Part shown: positions 1-8,389 of the stretch, in pieces | How positions within the stretch are numbered: the stretch's first letter is position 1 | Layout of the letters: each line of letters begins with the position of its first letter | NCBI GenBank assembly: GCA_038247415.1 | Contig: JBBRUX010000008.1 | Span: forward strand, 30,602 to 94,601 | Reading direction: 5' to 3' | Source of the DNA: Chitinivibrionales bacterium | Lineage (GTDB): Bacteria; Fibrobacterota; Chitinivibrionia; Chitinivibrionales; WJKA01 | DNA: 64,000 nt | Program-made: the position numbers and the translations under genes | Notes under the pieces: generated by a model | What the model was told of the DNA's origin: nothing | What the model saw: the letters and a program-made list of their open reading frames with translations, nothing else | Database searches by the model: none

Positions 1-103
1 TAAGCCATACAAAGAAGATTTCAAAATACTTCTGGTGAATTGCGGATTCAATATATTTTATAGCTCTATTATACCGATACCTTCCTTAATGCTAGGAATT
101 CCC

Positions 104-1285
104 ATGAAACAAAAAAGCTCTTTTTCCTGTATTCGCCACGTGCGCGTTAGTGCTTTGATAGTAGCCCTTTGTGCTTTGGCAGCAGGGGCAAAGTCTCAAA
201 AAATGGTGATGCATTTTTTTGGTTCTCCAACCTGCGGAGAATGTCTTGAAATAAAGGAAACTCTTTTAAAGCCTTTAGCAAATGAACACGCTGACAAAAT
301 AGAATTGCGTATCTATGATATCGAAAGTGACACGGGTCTTACCAATGCAATACAATTCGAAAAGATGTATGGTGTCAAGAAAACATTGGCTCAGGAACTG
401 TTTTTTGCAGATACATTTTTAACAGGTTTCGCCGATATCATGCGCGTAGGCAAACCTCTTTTACTCGATCGCATGAATAACCCCACAACCTGGGATGCAG
501 TTACCGGAAACCCTGGGGCCAGAGCTCCAAAGAATGTGGAAAAAAAGGATGCTCTGCGACAGCGAATGTCCCAATTTACCTTTTTGGCAATAACCTTGGC
601 AGGAATTGCAGATGGTATCAATCCGTGTGCAATCGCCACTATGATTTTTCTTATATCCTTCCTCACGGTTCAAAAACGTAAACGCATCGAAATTCTTGTG
701 GTTGGTATGTCGTTTACCTTCTCGGTATTTGTCACGTACCTGCTTTTGGGTGTTGGTGCCTTTGAGGCCCTAACGTTTCTACAAAAATATCTGTGGATTT
801 CTAAGGCAATTAAATGGAGCGCGGTTGTTTTTGCAGGGGTCGTGGCGCTCTATTGTTTTTATGATGCCATAATTTTCAGTCGAACCAAAAATGTCAAGGA
901 AATGAAAAATCAGCTTTCTCCGGCAATTAAAAAACGCATTCATAAAGTGATAAGCGGAAATCTTACCAGTCGATCGCTGGTGCTTGGGTCGCTTGTTACG
1001 GGTTTTTTGGTAACGCTTTTAGAGGCTGTGTGTACCGGTCAAGTGTATTTGCCCACGATCATTCTCATGACTCGCGAGCATGGTTTGAAACTACAAGGTT
1101 GGCTCTATCTGCTGTTTTACAATTTCCTCTTTGTATTACCGCTGCTTTTGGTTATGATTGGGGCATATTTTGGGCTAACCTGGGAGCGCTTATCTAAGGT
1201 GACGCAAAAGCATCTGACAACTCTCAAAATTGTCCTTGGTATTGTTCTCACTGCTTTGGCCCTGTATCTTGCTTTGTCGCAATAA
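104..1285 (+). CDS. Thioredoxin-fold / CcdA(DsbD)-family membrane thiol-disulfide oxidoreductase fusion
   Basis: The track ORF is 35..1285 with a GTG start. I prefer the ATG at 104 (MKQKSSFSC..., signal-like ALIVALCALAAG). There is an N-terminal CxxC (FFGSPTCGECLEIK). It is followed by multiple hydrophobic helices carrying the Cys motifs GINPCAIATMIF and LLEAVCTGQVYLP, which are typical of CcdA/DsbD-type electron transporters. Confidence 0.7.
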   Translation: MKQKSSFSCIRHVRVSALIVALCALAAGAKSQKMVMHFFGSPTCGECLEIKETLLKPLANEHADKIELRIYDIESDTGLTNAIQFEKMYGVKKTLAQELFFADTFLTGFADIMRVGKPLLLDRMNNPTTWDAVTGNPGARAPKNVEKKDALRQRMSQFTFLAITLAGIADGINPCAIATMIFLISFLTVQKRKRIEILVVGMSFTFSVFVTYLLLGVGAFEALTFLQKYLWISKAIKWSAVVFAGVVALYCFYDAIIFSRTKNVKEMKNQLSPAIKKRIHKVISGNLTSRSLVLGSLVTGFLVTLLEAVCTGQVYLPTIILMTREHGLKLQGWLYLLFYNFLFVLPLLLVMIGAYFGLTWERLSKVTQKHLTTLKIVLGIVLTALALYLALSQ

Positions 1286-1310
1286 TACATTTACACCTAA
1301 GGAGAGATAG

Positions 1311-3143
1311 ATGGCAGATTCGGTAGGGAAAGCATCCAACATCAAGAAAGCAGAAGCGAGAGTTTCTTCTTCTAAGAAACACCCATTCTGGAAAACTCTC
1401 TTTGCATATGCACGTCCATTCCGCGCAAAATTAATTGTTGCTTCTCTGTTCTCATTCATTGTTGGCGGAGCTGTAGCTTTGCAGCCTATGGTTATCAAGT
1501 TTATTGTTGACGAAGGAATAAATAGGCCCCATGCCGATGCCGCGCTTAAATTTAAATGGACACTTATTTATATCGGCATTTTCACGCTCTTAAGCGGCGT
1601 GCGCATTGGATTATGGTCGATAGGATATCGGGGGCTTGTGGTAGCGGTTGAAGGATTTCTCTTTGGAATCAGGTCTCAGTTTTTTCGCCATATCCAGGGA
1701 CTCTGCTTCCGGTTTCATGATGAAGTTTCGAGTGGGGAACTTTACAATTACATTATGGGATCCCCCATACAGTCTATTAAAAATTTTCTTCAGCAGCTTA
1801 CCTTATATCTTCCTTTTCAGATTGTCTCGTGGGCTGTGGGATTTACAACGCTCATGTGGTTCGACTGGAAAATGACACTGCTTATTTTATTTGTGGCAGG
1901 TATTATTATCCTTATAAATCGTAATTCCTATAAACGAATCAAAGTGCTTACCGCCACTTTTATGGAGCAGGAATCTTCGGTTAGTAAATATGTGGCCGAC
2001 ATGTTGCGGGGATGCCGCGAAATTAAAATTCATGCAATCGGCGATCGCGTCTCCGATACCTTTGATACGCAAATAGATCGCATTCGATTTGGTTCTACAA
2101 ACCTTTCGGTTCAGCAACAACTCGAATATATCAAGCCTGAGGGTATTCAGTATCTTGGAACTGCGGTGATCTACGCGTATGGTGCGTATTCCTGCATTTA
2201 TGGTCATATGACGGTTGGGGAATTGTTTGCATTCATCAGCAGTATGGGGCTTCTTATGGGTCCTGTAATGATGCTCTTCCAGATGAATTTGACAAAAGCT
2301 AATGCTGAGGCTGGCCTGGAACGCATTATGCGCATCCTTGATACCGAAACTACCGTCACTGAGCCAGCTCTCGCAGATCGGCTCATGGTGACTGATAAAG
2401 AACCGGATCATGAAGCGGCAAAAGTACCGGCAATCCAGTTTGTCGATATTTCGTTTGGGTATAAAGATACTGTGGTACTGTCTCATGTCAATTGTACAAT
2501 TTCCAGGGGTACAACGGTGGCGCTTGTGGGCCCCAGCGGCTCGGGTAAGTCTACTTTTATTAGGCTTCTTTTGCGACTCTATGAAGTACAACAGGGAACT
2601 ATTTTTTTTAATGGGCTCGATATTACCCGGTATTCGCAGCAAAGCTTGCGGAGTCATTTTGGAGTAGTATCGCAGGATGTCTTTTTGTTTCAAACCACCA
2701 TTGCAGAAAATGTGCGTGTGGCTCGTCCGGATGCTTCCGCACTGGAAGTTCAGGCTGCAATGGACAAAGCATTTGTCAGCGAATTTGTAGCGAGTTTACC
2801 GCAAGGAGGCGATACTCCTGTTGGCGAAAATGGATATACCCTCTCTGGAGGGCAAAAGCAACGGATTGCTATTGCACGGGCAATTTTGGGAAATCCTCCG
2901 TTTTATATTTTCGATGAAGCAACCAGCGCCCTAGACAATCAATCTGAACGGCGCATTCAGGATGCTCTAAACGAACTTAAAAAGAGTCACACGGTTATCA
3001 TAATAGCGCATAGGTTATCGACCATTAAGCATGCAGATACCATTTTTGTTTTTGACAAAGGGTCACTGGTGCAGCGTGGAACCTATAGCGAACTTGCTTC
3101 ACAAGTCGGATTATTTGAAACGCTTTTAAAAAGCGCAGAATAG
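1311..3143 (+). CDS. ABC exporter, fused permease/ATPase (MsbA-like lipid/multidrug exporter family)
   Basis: A 610-aa ORF with RBS taaggagag upstream of the ATG. The N-terminal half is a six-helix-type hydrophobic domain. The C-terminal NBD has Walker A GPSGSGKST, signature LSGGQKQR, Walker B FYIFDEATSALD and H-loop IIIAHRLS. Confidence 0.85.
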   Translation: MADSVGKASNIKKAEARVSSSKKHPFWKTLFAYARPFRAKLIVASLFSFIVGGAVALQPMVIKFIVDEGINRPHADAALKFKWTLIYIGIFTLLSGVRIGLWSIGYRGLVVAVEGFLFGIRSQFFRHIQGLCFRFHDEVSSGELYNYIMGSPIQSIKNFLQQLTLYLPFQIVSWAVGFTTLMWFDWKMTLLILFVAGIIILINRNSYKRIKVLTATFMEQESSVSKYVADMLRGCREIKIHAIGDRVSDTFDTQIDRIRFGSTNLSVQQQLEYIKPEGIQYLGTAVIYAYGAYSCIYGHMTVGELFAFISSMGLLMGPVMMLFQMNLTKANAEAGLERIMRILDTETTVTEPALADRLMVTDKEPDHEAAKVPAIQFVDISFGYKDTVVLSHVNCTISRGTTVALVGPSGSGKSTFIRLLLRLYEVQQGTIFFNGLDITRYSQQSLRSHFGVVSQDVFLFQTTIAENVRVARPDASALEVQAAMDKAFVSEFVASLPQGGDTPVGENGYTLSGGQKQRIAIARAILGNPPFYIFDEATSALDNQSERRIQDALNELKKSHTVIIIAHRLSTIKHADTIFVFDKGSLVQRGTYSELASQVGLFETLLKSAE

Positions 3144-3151
3144 GGGATTGT

Positions 3152-4246
3152 ATGGGATTATCGGCAGGTATCGTAGGGTTACCAAACGTTGGCAAATCAA
3201 CCATTTTTAATGCGGTATCGTCGGGTAAAGCTGCAGCGGAAAACTATCCGTTTTGCACCATCGAGCCCAATCATGGTGTTGTAGCAGTGCCCGATGCACG
3301 CCTCGACGAAATAACGCGGCTTATTCCAACACAAAAGGTTATTCCGGCATTTTTGGATATCACCGACATCGCGGGGCTTGTTAAGGGTGCATCCAAAGGA
3401 GAAGGATTAGGAAATCAGTTTTTGGGGCATATAAAAAATGTCGATGCTATTGTCCATGTTGTCAGGTGTTTTGATAACCCGGATATTGTGCACGTAGAAG
3501 GGTCTATCGATCCGCTGCGCGATATTGGCATTATTGAGACCGAACTCATGTATACCGATTTCGATACAGTTACCCGTGCGCTCGAGCGCGCTGTCAAGGC
3601 TGCTAAAACAGGCGACAAAGACGCCAAGACAAAACTTGGTTCCTTAGAGGCTGCACATGCCGCACTCTCGGCTGGTTCACCTGTTAGGCTTATAGATCCT
3701 GAGCTTGCCGACCCAGCACATTTACGAGAACTCTTTTTGCTGTCTGCAAAGCCTGTGCTCTTTGTGGCCAATGTCGATGAAGGTGGCCTTACTCACGATA
3801 ACAAGTATGTAACTGCCTTGCGTGAATTTGCCACAAGCCGCAACGATAGTGTGGTTGTTTTGTGCGGTAAAGTTGAATCAGAAATTGCCCAGCTCGATGT
3901 AACCGAGAGAAAAGAATTTTTAGAGAGCTTGGGGCTTACCGAATCGGGTCTTGATCGGCTTGCAACGCGTGTGTACGATGTTTTGGGACTTGCAACGTTT
4001 TTTACCGCCGGCGCCGACGAAAATCGAGCCTGGACCATAAAAAAAGGCTTTACTGCTGCAAAGGCTGCCGGAACCATTCATACCGACTTCGAAAAGGGTT
4101 TTATTAAGGCAGAAGTGTATACGCTTACCGATTTGAAAACGTATAAAACAGAAGTCGCAATCCGTAATGCCGGAAAAACGCGCCAAGAAGGTCGTGAATA
4201 TGTTGTTGTTGATGGGGATATAATGTTTTTTAAGTTTAATGTGTAA
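3152..4246 (+). CDS. ychF: Redox-regulated ATPase YchF (Obg-family P-loop protein)
   Basis: N-terminus MGLSAGIVGLPNVGKSTIFNA (G1). Also present are DIAGLVKGASKGEGLGNQFL and the C-terminal TGS-like FIKAEV...GDIMFFKFNV. The 364-aa length is typical of YchF. Confidence 0.95.
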   Translation: MGLSAGIVGLPNVGKSTIFNAVSSGKAAAENYPFCTIEPNHGVVAVPDARLDEITRLIPTQKVIPAFLDITDIAGLVKGASKGEGLGNQFLGHIKNVDAIVHVVRCFDNPDIVHVEGSIDPLRDIGIIETELMYTDFDTVTRALERAVKAAKTGDKDAKTKLGSLEAAHAALSAGSPVRLIDPELADPAHLRELFLLSAKPVLFVANVDEGGLTHDNKYVTALREFATSRNDSVVVLCGKVESEIAQLDVTERKEFLESLGLTESGLDRLATRVYDVLGLATFFTAGADENRAWTIKKGFTAAKAAGTIHTDFEKGFIKAEVYTLTDLKTYKTEVAIRNAGKTRQEGREYVVVDGDIMFFKFNV

Positions 4247-4252
4247 AGTAGG

Positions 4253-5473
4253 ATGATCGTGGTAAAACTGTATCGCACTATCTATCGGTGGATTATCTGG
4301 AATTTGGTTTCCCGTACGTTTGTAGCGGTCATGCTATGGCCAAAATTCCGCTTTAAAAAAACTGCCGATAGTCAAAAACTTCCCAAGCCACCCTTTATTG
4401 TTGTAGCAAATCATGGAACATTTTTTGATCCATGGCTTGTGGGTGGCTATAGCAGATATCCGTTTGCCATTATGTGCAACGACGATGCCTTTACTAGTGG
4501 CGGTTTTTCGAAGTGGTATTTAACAAGCATTGGGGCTTTCCCCAAGAAAAAGGGGGCATCCGATTTTAAAGCCATGAAGCGAACGTTGCTAGAATTACAC
4601 AAAGGATACCCTGTTTGCATTTTTCCCGAAGGTCAAACAACATGGGAGGGACCTACCCAGCTCATGTATAAAGGTATCGAAAAAATCATCAAAAAATCGG
4701 GCGTGCCCCTTGTAATGGTGAGAATACGCGGAAATTTTCTTTGTAAACCATGGTGGGCTCACACGCAAAGGCGGGGTGGTGTTCGATTGACTTTTAGTGT
4801 AATGAAGCCTCATGAGCTTGCACAAATGTCGGATGATCAGTTGTTTGTCCATATGCGAGAAACCCTCACCCACAACGATATAACCGATCCTGTGGTTCGT
4901 GCGATTCCTTTTTCTGGCAAAGATATGGCTTTAGGAATAGAGCGGTGTGCCTGGGAGTGCATGTATTGCGGGGCATACGATATGCTCGAGACAATTGGGA
5001 ATACTATTTCCTGCATTAGTTGTGGTAAAAGTATTTCTCTGGATGCCTATTGCCATTTGTTTACCGCAGGTGGTACGAAAGCTGTGTACGAAAATCTTTC
5101 TGCATGGATGGCAGCGAGCAGAAACCATGTTCTAGAAAAAATAGCAGGTGCAGAATCACATACACTTTTGTGCTCATCGGAAAAAGTTTTATTACAGACA
5201 CCTTGTGGCCAGGGGATATTTGCCGATGCCGGTTATGGAACGCTTCAATTGACTAAAGAATCACTCATGTTTGACGATGGCATAAGCAAGCGCGAGATTC
5301 GCGTTGCAGAAATTCGCCATAGCGTAATTCAGAAAAAAGATATCGTCGAAATCGAGAGCACGCACGGAACCCTCAGATATCTATTCTCACATCAAAGTCC
5401 GCTTAAATGGGTATATTTTATCAGGTATCTTGGCGGGTACGAAACATTCGAAAAACAAGGGTTTATTGGCTAA
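4253..5473 (+). CDS. PlsC-family acyltransferase with C-terminal extension containing a CxxC...CxxC zinc-ribbon-like motif
   Basis: Contains the HX4D acyltransferase motif (VVANHGTFFDPW) and the FPEG block (CIFPEGQTTW). The C-terminal ~200 aa are of unrecognised family and include CMYCGAYDMLETIGNTISCISCG. Confidence 0.7.
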   Translation: MIVVKLYRTIYRWIIWNLVSRTFVAVMLWPKFRFKKTADSQKLPKPPFIVVANHGTFFDPWLVGGYSRYPFAIMCNDDAFTSGGFSKWYLTSIGAFPKKKGASDFKAMKRTLLELHKGYPVCIFPEGQTTWEGPTQLMYKGIEKIIKKSGVPLVMVRIRGNFLCKPWWAHTQRRGGVRLTFSVMKPHELAQMSDDQLFVHMRETLTHNDITDPVVRAIPFSGKDMALGIERCAWECMYCGAYDMLETIGNTISCISCGKSISLDAYCHLFTAGGTKAVYENLSAWMAASRNHVLEKIAGAESHTLLCSSEKVLLQTPCGQGIFADAGYGTLQLTKESLMFDDGISKREIRVAEIRHSVIQKKDIVEIESTHGTLRYLFSHQSPLKWVYFIRYLGGYETFEKQGFIG

Positions 5474-5532
5474 AGAATTGTTTTTGCCGCGTGTCGCGCA
5501 ACACTTGCAACGCAAGCCCTTGACAAGTATTA

Positions 5533-6264
5533 TTATCTGCCACGTTGCAGCCGCTCTGCCAGAAATGTTGGTAATCCGCACGAAATAATTTTTTGCTGCG
5601 TAAGGGTATAGTCGTAGCTTACTCTTACAATTTGGATTGTTTGCGCATCGGAATCGTAGATTGCGTATGCAGATCGAGGATCAAAATCGCGGGGTTGTCC
5701 AACGCTTCCTACATTTACTAAATAAAAAAATGCATTCTCGAGATTTATAATTGTATCGCCATGGGCAATGATTTTGTCGCCGTCTTGATAAATGATAGCA
5801 GGCCAATGCGTGTGGCCAATAAAATTAAGTCGGTAAATGATATGATGAAATGCGTTGTATACTTCGCTCTCCGAATCGGGAAATACGTAGCTCCAGTCGT
5901 CTTGGTCGGCGGGGGAGCTGTGGGCGCAGAAAATTTCTCCAATGCTAATGCGCAGCGGAAGTCTCGAAAGAAAATCGAGGGCATCTTCGGTTAAATGTTT
6001 TTTTGTCCATTCCATTGCGGTGAGTGCATAGTAGGTAAATGTTCTTATGTCAACTTTGCCAATTGCAGCATAATCGTGATTGCCCGCAATGCAGTGGGAC
6101 GTATGCGTGCGTACGAGGTCGATACATGCTTGCGGATCGGGATAATATCCCACTATGTCGCCAAGGCACAGGATAGAATCGATGTTTTTAGATTCGATAT
6201 CGCGCAGGACTGCAGTAAGTGCTTCGATGTTTCCGTGGATATCAGAGATGAAAGCCTGACGCAT
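5533..6264 (-). CDS. Metallophosphoesterase (calcineurin-like, YfcE/MPP family)
   Basis: Carries the ordered metallophosphatase motifs DIHGN, GDIVGY, GNHD and GHTH in a 243-aa ORF. Confidence 0.85.
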   Translation of the reverse strand: MRQAFISDIHGNIEALTAVLRDIESKNIDSILCLGDIVGYYPDPQACIDLVRTHTSHCIAGNHDYAAIGKVDIRTFTYYALTAMEWTKKHLTEDALDFLSRLPLRISIGEIFCAHSSPADQDDWSYVFPDSESEVYNAFHHIIYRLNFIGHTHWPAIIYQDGDKIIAHGDTIINLENAFFYLVNVGSVGQPRDFDPRSAYAIYDSDAQTIQIVRVSYDYTLTQQKIISCGLPTFLAERLQRGR

Positions 6265-6327
6265 GTTTGGTTCCCAGTGGTTGCATGTCTGTGTACTCTA
6301 CCAATCTTAAATTATATTATTTATATT

Positions 6328-7398
6328 ATGCCACAACAATTAGATTCGTCAGATCTTTTGCCCACTGCACCTGTCGACCCCATTCAAAGCTACCGCGCAA
6401 AAGTAGCCCAGCTTAAATCTCGCCTGTTACCAGCAAAGTCTGTGCTTATTGTTGCTCACGATTATCCCGATCCCGATTGCATAGCCGCGGCCTATGGCAC
6501 CATGGAACTTATGCGACATTGGGGCGTGGAGAATGCTGTGATTACCTTTGGAGGATTTGTTGGACGCGCGCAAAACAGGGCTATGATCCGTTTTTTAAAT
6601 ATCGAGAGTGTGCCATTTCCCCTCATTGAGCCTACCGATTTCGATCGAATAATCATGGTCGATTGTTTCCCAGGCAGGGGCAATGTTTCTATGAATGAGG
6701 ACATTGAGGTAGATGCAGTGCTCGATCATCATCTTGATTCGGCTCCCATCGATGCTCCTTTCTTTTCAGATATTCGCAAAGACCTTGGTGCCACATCCAC
6801 GCTTGTTACGCGCTACCTTATAGAATCTGGCGTGCCAATATCTCCGCGCTTGGCAACAGCGCTCTTTTATGGCATTAAAACCGATACCAGAGATTTAGGC
6901 CGTGACCATCTTACCGAAGATCTCGAATCGTACCGCATGCTCTTTAATCTCATGGATTATAAATTGCTCTCTGCAATAGAAAACCCCGATCGTGATATAG
7001 AATTTTTTCGACTTCTCCATAGCGCTGCAGAATCAGTAATCTGCTACGATACTATTGGGTATATTCACCTAGGAACTATCTCTTCTCCCGATTATGTTGC
7101 AGAAATGGCCGACTTTTTTCATAGGCTCGATCGTATTGAATACATGATCTGTTCTGCAAAGTTTAAAAAATCTATCTACTACTCTATACGTACTAAACAA
7201 GAGTTTACCGCAGGGCCGTCTGCAGAACAAATCGGGCGTATGCTTGGTGGAAGCGGTGGCGGCCACGGAAAAATTGGCGCAGGCCGTATTCCCTTAAATG
7301 CCCAAACTGCCGAAGAAGGGCTCGATAGTTTTATTGCCGCGTTTAAAGAAATTTTGTCGATTGGCGATATTGAACCAGAACATATTCTTACTCGATAA
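6328..7398 (+). CDS. DHH/DHHA1-family phosphoesterase (NrnA-like)
   Basis: The track ORF starts at 5995, but its first 111 codons overlap the metallophosphoesterase gene on the opposite strand. The ATG at 6328 (MPQQLDSS) is the first start outside that gene. Motifs present are VAHDYPDPDCIAAA, DHH (VLDHHLD) and the DHHA1 motif GGGH (GGSGGGHGKIGAG). Confidence 0.8.
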   Translation: MPQQLDSSDLLPTAPVDPIQSYRAKVAQLKSRLLPAKSVLIVAHDYPDPDCIAAAYGTMELMRHWGVENAVITFGGFVGRAQNRAMIRFLNIESVPFPLIEPTDFDRIIMVDCFPGRGNVSMNEDIEVDAVLDHHLDSAPIDAPFFSDIRKDLGATSTLVTRYLIESGVPISPRLATALFYGIKTDTRDLGRDHLTEDLESYRMLFNLMDYKLLSAIENPDRDIEFFRLLHSAAESVICYDTIGYIHLGTISSPDYVAEMADFFHRLDRIEYMICSAKFKKSIYYSIRTKQEFTAGPSAEQIGRMLGGSGGGHGKIGAGRIPLNAQTAEEGLDSFIAAFKEILSIGDIEPEHILTR

Positions 7399-7411
7399 AG
7401 AGGAGTTTTTT

Positions 7412-8257
7412 ATGTGGGATTATTCCGATAAAGTACGAGATCATTATATTAACCCTCGCAATGTAGGTGAAATAGATAAACCCGATGGCATTGGTGAAGT
7501 AGGCAATATCACCTGCGGCGATGCTCTGCGGTTTACTTTTAAGCTCGATGCTTCAAAAAAAGTTATACAAGATGCTAAATTTAAAACATTTGGCTGCGGC
7601 AGTGCAATTGCGGCTGCATCTATGCTTACCGAGCTTGTTATTGGAAAAACACTCGCCGAAGCTGCTGCCATAACAAACAAAGACATAGCCGATGCTTTGG
7701 GTGGTTTACCTAAAGAAAAAATGCATTGTTCAGTTATGGGGCAAGAGGCTTTGGAGGCATCGCTTAATTATTACAAAACAGGCGGTGTCTCAACCGCTCC
7801 CGTCGAGAAAAAAGAGGGTACTGTTGTGTGTACCTGTTTTGGCATTACCGATTTAGAAATCGAAAAAGCAATTCGCGAAAATAATCTTACAACCGTCGAC
7901 GATGTGACTCACTTTACAAAAGCTGGTGGCGGATGCGGTGGTTGTGTCCCCGAAATCGAAAGCATTCTTGCCAAAGTACTTGGCGCGGGAGGTGAGCCTG
8001 CCCTCGGAAAAATCGAACGTCTTACGTTTATCCAAAAGGTTGATAAAATAAGAACCGTTATCGAAACAAAAATAAATCCACTTCTTGCAACCGATGGTGG
8101 CGCATGCGAGCTTTTAGATCTTGAAGGCAATACTGCAATTATAAAGTTTGTTGGTCATTGTGCCGGATGCGCATTGTCGGGAAAAACGCTCATGACCGTT
8201 GTAGAAAAGCAGTTGCAGGATCATGTTTCGGTTGATATATCGGTACGGGAAGGTTGA
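7412..8257 (+). CDS. nifU: Three-domain NifU Fe-S cluster scaffold
   Basis: The ATG at 7412 (MWDYSDKVRDHYINPRNVGE) is preceded by aaagaggag. The protein has an IscU-like N-domain (CGDA...FGCGSAIA...MHCS), a central BFD-like [2Fe-2S] region (CTCF...GGGCGGC) and a C-terminal NifU domain (GHCAGCALS). The upstream part of the track ORF (7298..7411) overlaps the 3' end of the DHH gene. Confidence 0.9.
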   Translation: MWDYSDKVRDHYINPRNVGEIDKPDGIGEVGNITCGDALRFTFKLDASKKVIQDAKFKTFGCGSAIAAASMLTELVIGKTLAEAAAITNKDIADALGGLPKEKMHCSVMGQEALEASLNYYKTGGVSTAPVEKKEGTVVCTCFGITDLEIEKAIRENNLTTVDDVTHFTKAGGGCGGCVPEIESILAKVLGAGGEPALGKIERLTFIQKVDKIRTVIETKINPLLATDGGACELLDLEGNTAIIKFVGHCAGCALSGKTLMTVVEKQLQDHVSVDISVREG

Positions 8258-8328
8258 TTTTTCTGATGTCTGAGTTTAGTTCATTACTAGTATAGTGTAA
8301 ATAATATGAGGTGGTGTTTTTAGCACGA

Positions 8329-8366
8329 GGGGCTTTCTGGATAGTAATCCTGAAAGCCCCTTTTTT
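8329..8366. terminator. Rho-independent terminator between convergent nifU and the pseudopilin operon
   Basis: GGGGCTTTCTGGA / TCCTGAAAGCCCC forms a 13-bp stem with one mismatch and loop tagtaa. It is followed by TTTTTT on the + strand and lies between two convergent gene ends. Confidence 0.7.
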
Positions 8367-8389
8367 ATGCAGATTATCAGGTGCATCGG

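Noticed and set aside
1887-2693. A 268-aa ORF antisense to the ABC exporter gene. Similar long antisense ORFs occur elsewhere, for example 17872..18273, 24085..24465, 25956..26366 and 60100..60618.
   Set aside because: They lie entirely inside well-supported genes on the opposite strand or in another frame. They have low-complexity or Cys/Arg-rich composition and no recognisable motifs. They are typical shadow ORFs.
5995-6327. N-terminal 111 codons of the track ORF for the DHH phosphoesterase.
   Set aside because: This part overlaps the metallophosphoesterase gene on the opposite strand and shows no homology-like features. The ATG at 6328, just outside that gene, is a better start.
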